A stretch of 64,000 nt of DNA from an uncultured delta proteobacterium (lineage in GTDB: Bacteria > Desulfobacterota > Binatia > UBA9968). The stretch spans positions 1-64,000 of the forward strand of contig CAWJBB010000065.1 in NCBI GenBank assembly GCA_963840855.1. The letters run 5' to 3'. The position numbers and the translations under genes are program-made. Below, piece by piece: positions 61,262-64,000 of the stretch. Position 1 is the stretch's first letter. Each line of letters begins with the position of its first letter. The notes under the pieces are model-generated. The model was given only the letters and a program-made list of their open reading frames with translations, was not told where the DNA came from and did not search any database.

Positions 61262-62254
61262 TTATCGGTATAGTTTCTGAACCAGGCCGCTTGTTTCCAG
61301 CTCTTTCAGGAAGCGCGTGTCCATGAAGGTTTCCGGCTTGACGCCTTTGGCTTTGGGATCTTTCTTGGCGATTTCGTTCAGCACATTCTGGATTCCCTGC
61401 ACATCGGGATAGGGAACTCTGGGATAGATTTCCTTGTAATGGCGGTAGGTTTCTTCGGCCATGTCGACCTCTCCGAGGCGCGCGAAAGCGTCCATGGACT
61501 TGAGGCTGGCTTCTCTCTGGGTCTTGAAGAAATGAATTCCCTCGACGATGGACTTCATGACTCGCCGGGTGAGGTCTTGGTTATTTGACGCACTGGAGGC
61601 GGTGCTGACGATGGAGGTATTCGGGTAAGCAAGGTTGAGTTGCTCGGGCGTTGCGACTTCATTGAAGCCGGCCTTACGGGCAACGATATTGGCGGGCGGT
61701 CCAACAATGGTTCCGTGAACGATGCCGCTCTTGAGAGCCGTGAATCGTGCAGGTTGGCTACCGATCTGCAAAATCGCAACATTCCGATCCGGAACAAGCC
61801 CCCATTTCTCGAGCGCGTAGCGAACGACAAAATCGGTGGATGAGCCGAAGCGGCTGACCGCCAGTTTTTTCCCTTTAAGTTCCTGGGGTTTCTTTACCTC
61901 CGGCGCGGTAATAATGCTGAAGTCTACGATATTGATCAAACCACCCAGGATAACCGTATCGGCGCCCTGCAGGCGCGCCAATATCGAAGGCTCACCGCTA
62001 ACAACCGCGATCGGCAAATCGCCGGCAACAAGGGCTTGAACAATGCCGCTTCCTCCGGCGATAAGGACCAGACTGACATCGAGTCCATTTCGCTGGAAGA
62101 TTCCCGCATCCTTAATCACCCGAAGAATTGCCTGAGAACCGGATATGGACGAATATCCAAGATTGAGACGGATTGGTTTGTCTTGGGCTCGGCCGGGAAG
62201 AGGAGACAGACAAGCCATCCATAGGGCGATCAGTGCGGCACTGAGATATCTCAT
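61262..62254 (-). CDS. SsuA/NMT1-type substrate-binding protein
   Basis: RBS ggagg, signal peptide; GIFQRNGLDV, LKGKKLAVSRFGSSTD, ELETSG. Confidence 0.9.
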   Translation of the reverse strand: MRYLSAALIALWMACLSPLPGRAQDKPIRLNLGYSSISGSQAILRVIKDAGIFQRNGLDVSLVLIAGGSGIVQALVAGDLPIAVVSGEPSILARLQGADTVILGGLINIVDFSIITAPEVKKPQELKGKKLAVSRFGSSTDFVVRYALEKWGLVPDRNVAILQIGSQPARFTALKSGIVHGTIVGPPANIVARKAGFNEVATPEQLNLAYPNTSIVSTASSASNNQDLTRRVMKSIVEGIHFFKTQREASLKSMDAFARLGEVDMAEETYRHYKEIYPRVPYPDVQGIQNVLNEIAKKDPKAKGVKPETFMDTRFLKELETSGLVQKLYR

Positions 62255-62276
62255 ACGGCCTCCGTCCGTTGTGGCA

Positions 62277-62427
62277 GTGGAGCCCCACGGCCTTACGGCC
62301 GTGGTACCTCTCCAGACACTTCGTAGGGCGGAACCCTCCGAAGCGTACCCCCCTTCGCCAAGGCTACGGAGGGTACCCACCTCGCATTCATCCACGGGTT
62401 TACTCCCGTGGCCTTCTGCGAAGGAGG
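62277..62427 (-). mobile_element. Related PATE-like element with a different target (TTTAC)
   Basis: Minus strand TTTAC|cctccttcgcagAAGG+ccacggga-gtaaa-cccgtgg ... shared core ccctccgtagccttggcgaagg ... ccacggcc-gtaa-ggccgtgg-ggctccac. Confidence 0.7.
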
Positions 62428-62556
62428 GTAAAAGGCAGCGTTTCTTGACTTGATTCTCCAGATGTATATCACTGCTTCCTCTACTCGTGTCAATTTTTTA
62501 AGAAAGTCCAAAGAGTCACTGCCGTGTTGTCTCCAAAAGTCCGTTAGATAAATCAA

Positions 62557-62647
62557 TCGTCATTCCGGGCAGCTGGCGATAGCTAGCGCGACCCGGAATC
62601 CAGGAATCTGATTGAATCTGGATTCCCCGCTTGCGCGGGAATGACGA
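62557..62647. repeat. gtcattcc...ggaatgac palindromic element
   Basis: tcgtcattccggg..ccggaatccag...ctggattccccg..gcgggaatgacga. Confidence 0.72.
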
Positions 62648-62724
62648 CCGAAGGCCTTGCAGTAACGTGACGAAAATTTTGAGGCACTACGCGAAATCCA
62701 GGTAAAGTGACGCAACAGAGTGCC

Positions 62725-62753
62725 TTGACATCGGCGTTACCTTTTTTTATACG
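62725..62753 (+). promoter_or_regulatory. Sigma70-like promoter for ComDE-like pair 3
   Basis: TTGACA-17 nt-TATACG, 18 nt before the GTG start. Confidence 0.5.
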
Positions 62754-62771
62754 CAGTTCATTGGTGCAACG

Positions 62772-63278
62772 GTGGAAGCGGAGCTTGCAACCAGAATTGT
62801 CGGCGCGTTAAAAGAGTCGGGGATCAGTTTTGTTTCGTATCTGCCAGAAACAAGGCTGAGTCAAATCATGCCGCTGCTGCGCGAAGATCCGTCTTTCATG
62901 CTGGTTCCTGTTGCCAATGAGTCGGAGGGGGTTTCGATAGCCGCAGGCGCCTCATTAGGTGGCAGGCCGGCTGCGGTATACATGGAGGGCAGCGGCGTTT
63001 ACGTCTCGTCATACAACCTCCTGGTGCTTGGCAAGCGGCTCGGCGTTCCCCTGCTGCTGCTTGTCGCATATTACGGGAGCATCCTGGATGCGCGAAACAG
63101 TTTTCTTTACGCGTTTCCCGGCATACACCTAATTCCCATACTCCAATCGCTCGATATCCAGTATGAAGTTTTTCACAACGGTGACTCTTTAGAGGACAAG
63201 ATTAAAGGCGCCGTGAAGATGATGCACGCCATCAAGCAGCCCGTGGCTCTGCTCTTTACAGGAGCATTCACGGCATGA
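62772..63278 (+). CDS. ComD-like alpha subunit, pair 3
   Basis: YLPETRL, VANESEGVSIAAGASLGG, MEGSG, VPLLLLV. Confidence 0.86.
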   Translation: MEAELATRIVGALKESGISFVSYLPETRLSQIMPLLREDPSFMLVPVANESEGVSIAAGASLGGRPAAVYMEGSGVYVSSYNLLVLGKRLGVPLLLLVAYYGSILDARNSFLYAFPGIHLIPILQSLDIQYEVFHNGDSLEDKIKGAVKMMHAIKQPVALLFTGAFTA

Positions 63279-63874
63279 ATCGTTACGACTGTTTTGAGTT
63301 TTTGGCGCCGCTGATCAAGGACCAGCTCGTGATCGGCTCGCTAAGCGGGCAACGGGTCGAGTGGGGGCATCTGTGCCGCCACGAAGGTAACCTATTAGTA
63401 GCCTCCATGGGGGCCGCTTTGGGGATAGGCGTAGGCCTAGCGTTGGTCCTGCCCCATCGGAAGGTCATCGTGTTGGAATCTGATGGGAGCTTACTGCTGT
63501 CCCTGTACAATCTTCCTACTTTAGGTAATTTGAGCCTTCCCAACCTTGTAGTTTTCGTATTCGACAATGAAGTGTACAGCGGCACGCGGATCAGCGAGCC
63601 GAGCGCAACCGCCGGAAAAACCGATCTCGCTGGAGTGGCCCGGAGCTGCGGTATCGAAGGAGCGACGACGGTGCGCGAGGTCGATTCTTTTAAGCGTGAA
63701 TCGAAAAAAGCTCTAGAAGAAAATGTGCTCCGTTTTGTTGTCTGTAAAGTAGATGCGACAACAGGGCATCGCCAAATCGAGCGACCTAACGAAGATCTAT
63801 GGGAGCATAAATATCGGTTTGTTAGATATCTCGAAAGAACCGAAGGCAAGAAGATTTTTTTAGGTCGCGGGTAA
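63275..63874 (+). CDS. ComE-like beta subunit, pair 3
   Basis: MNRYDC, ASMG, ESDGS...FDNEVYSGT; ATGA overlap. Confidence 0.86.
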   Translation: MNRYDCFEFLAPLIKDQLVIGSLSGQRVEWGHLCRHEGNLLVASMGAALGIGVGLALVLPHRKVIVLESDGSLLLSLYNLPTLGNLSLPNLVVFVFDNEVYSGTRISEPSATAGKTDLAGVARSCGIEGATTVREVDSFKRESKKALEENVLRFVVCKVDATTGHRQIERPNEDLWEHKYRFVRYLERTEGKKIFLGRG

Positions 63875-63911
63875 GTGACTTCTGCTCTTTCGTATCACGA
63901 TCACCAGTGTA

Positions 63912-64000
63912 CTGTAACAGCTACATAGCGTTTGCCGTTCATGGTTCGAGACCCTCACCACGAACGGCTTGCCCCTTGACCGTTCAAGTTCGTTTACAAA
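63912..64000. repeat. Copy of the ctgtaaca MITE (runs to the window end)
   Basis: Matches 54650-54724 closely. Confidence 0.7.

Overview
The window has two very different halves. 1-33.3 kb is a mosaic accessory region. Its intact genes encode a GH63 glucosidase, an MltF-like lytic transglycosylase, NhaA, an arylsulfatase, several lipoproteins, YdiK, an OmpA protein, an MlaEFD-PqiC (MCE) ABC system and a PAS/GAF kinase with FixJ-type regulators. These sit among many truncated or frameshifted fragments (ppk2, two beta-carbonic anhydrases, a MetA-like barrel, a lipase, an IS91 transposase), an orphan IS91/ISCR oriIS, a solo attC-like site and several unexplained direct/inverted repeats at junctions. 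33.4-64 kb is a dense catabolic cluster: an LLM oxidoreductase, two xanthine-dehydrogenase-family Mo subunits sharing one FAD/2Fe-2S/CoxG set, and two UbiD decarboxylases (one split by a 2.06-kb IS with perfect 21-bp IRs). It also has three ComD/ComE-like split ThDP-enzyme pairs, five SsuA/NMT1-type binding proteins with no permease in the window, two cyclic amidohydrolases with an atypical DPExH metal motif, two deaminase-type amidohydrolases and a Rieske ferredoxin. This gene content resembles Candidatus Binatia-type genomes (inference). Seven ~135-180-bp IS200/IS605-derived miniature elements show guide/target complementarity, and two of their insertion sites appear to regenerate a host stop codon. 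No rRNA, tRNA or CRISPR array was found. All assignments come from motif reading, not database searches.
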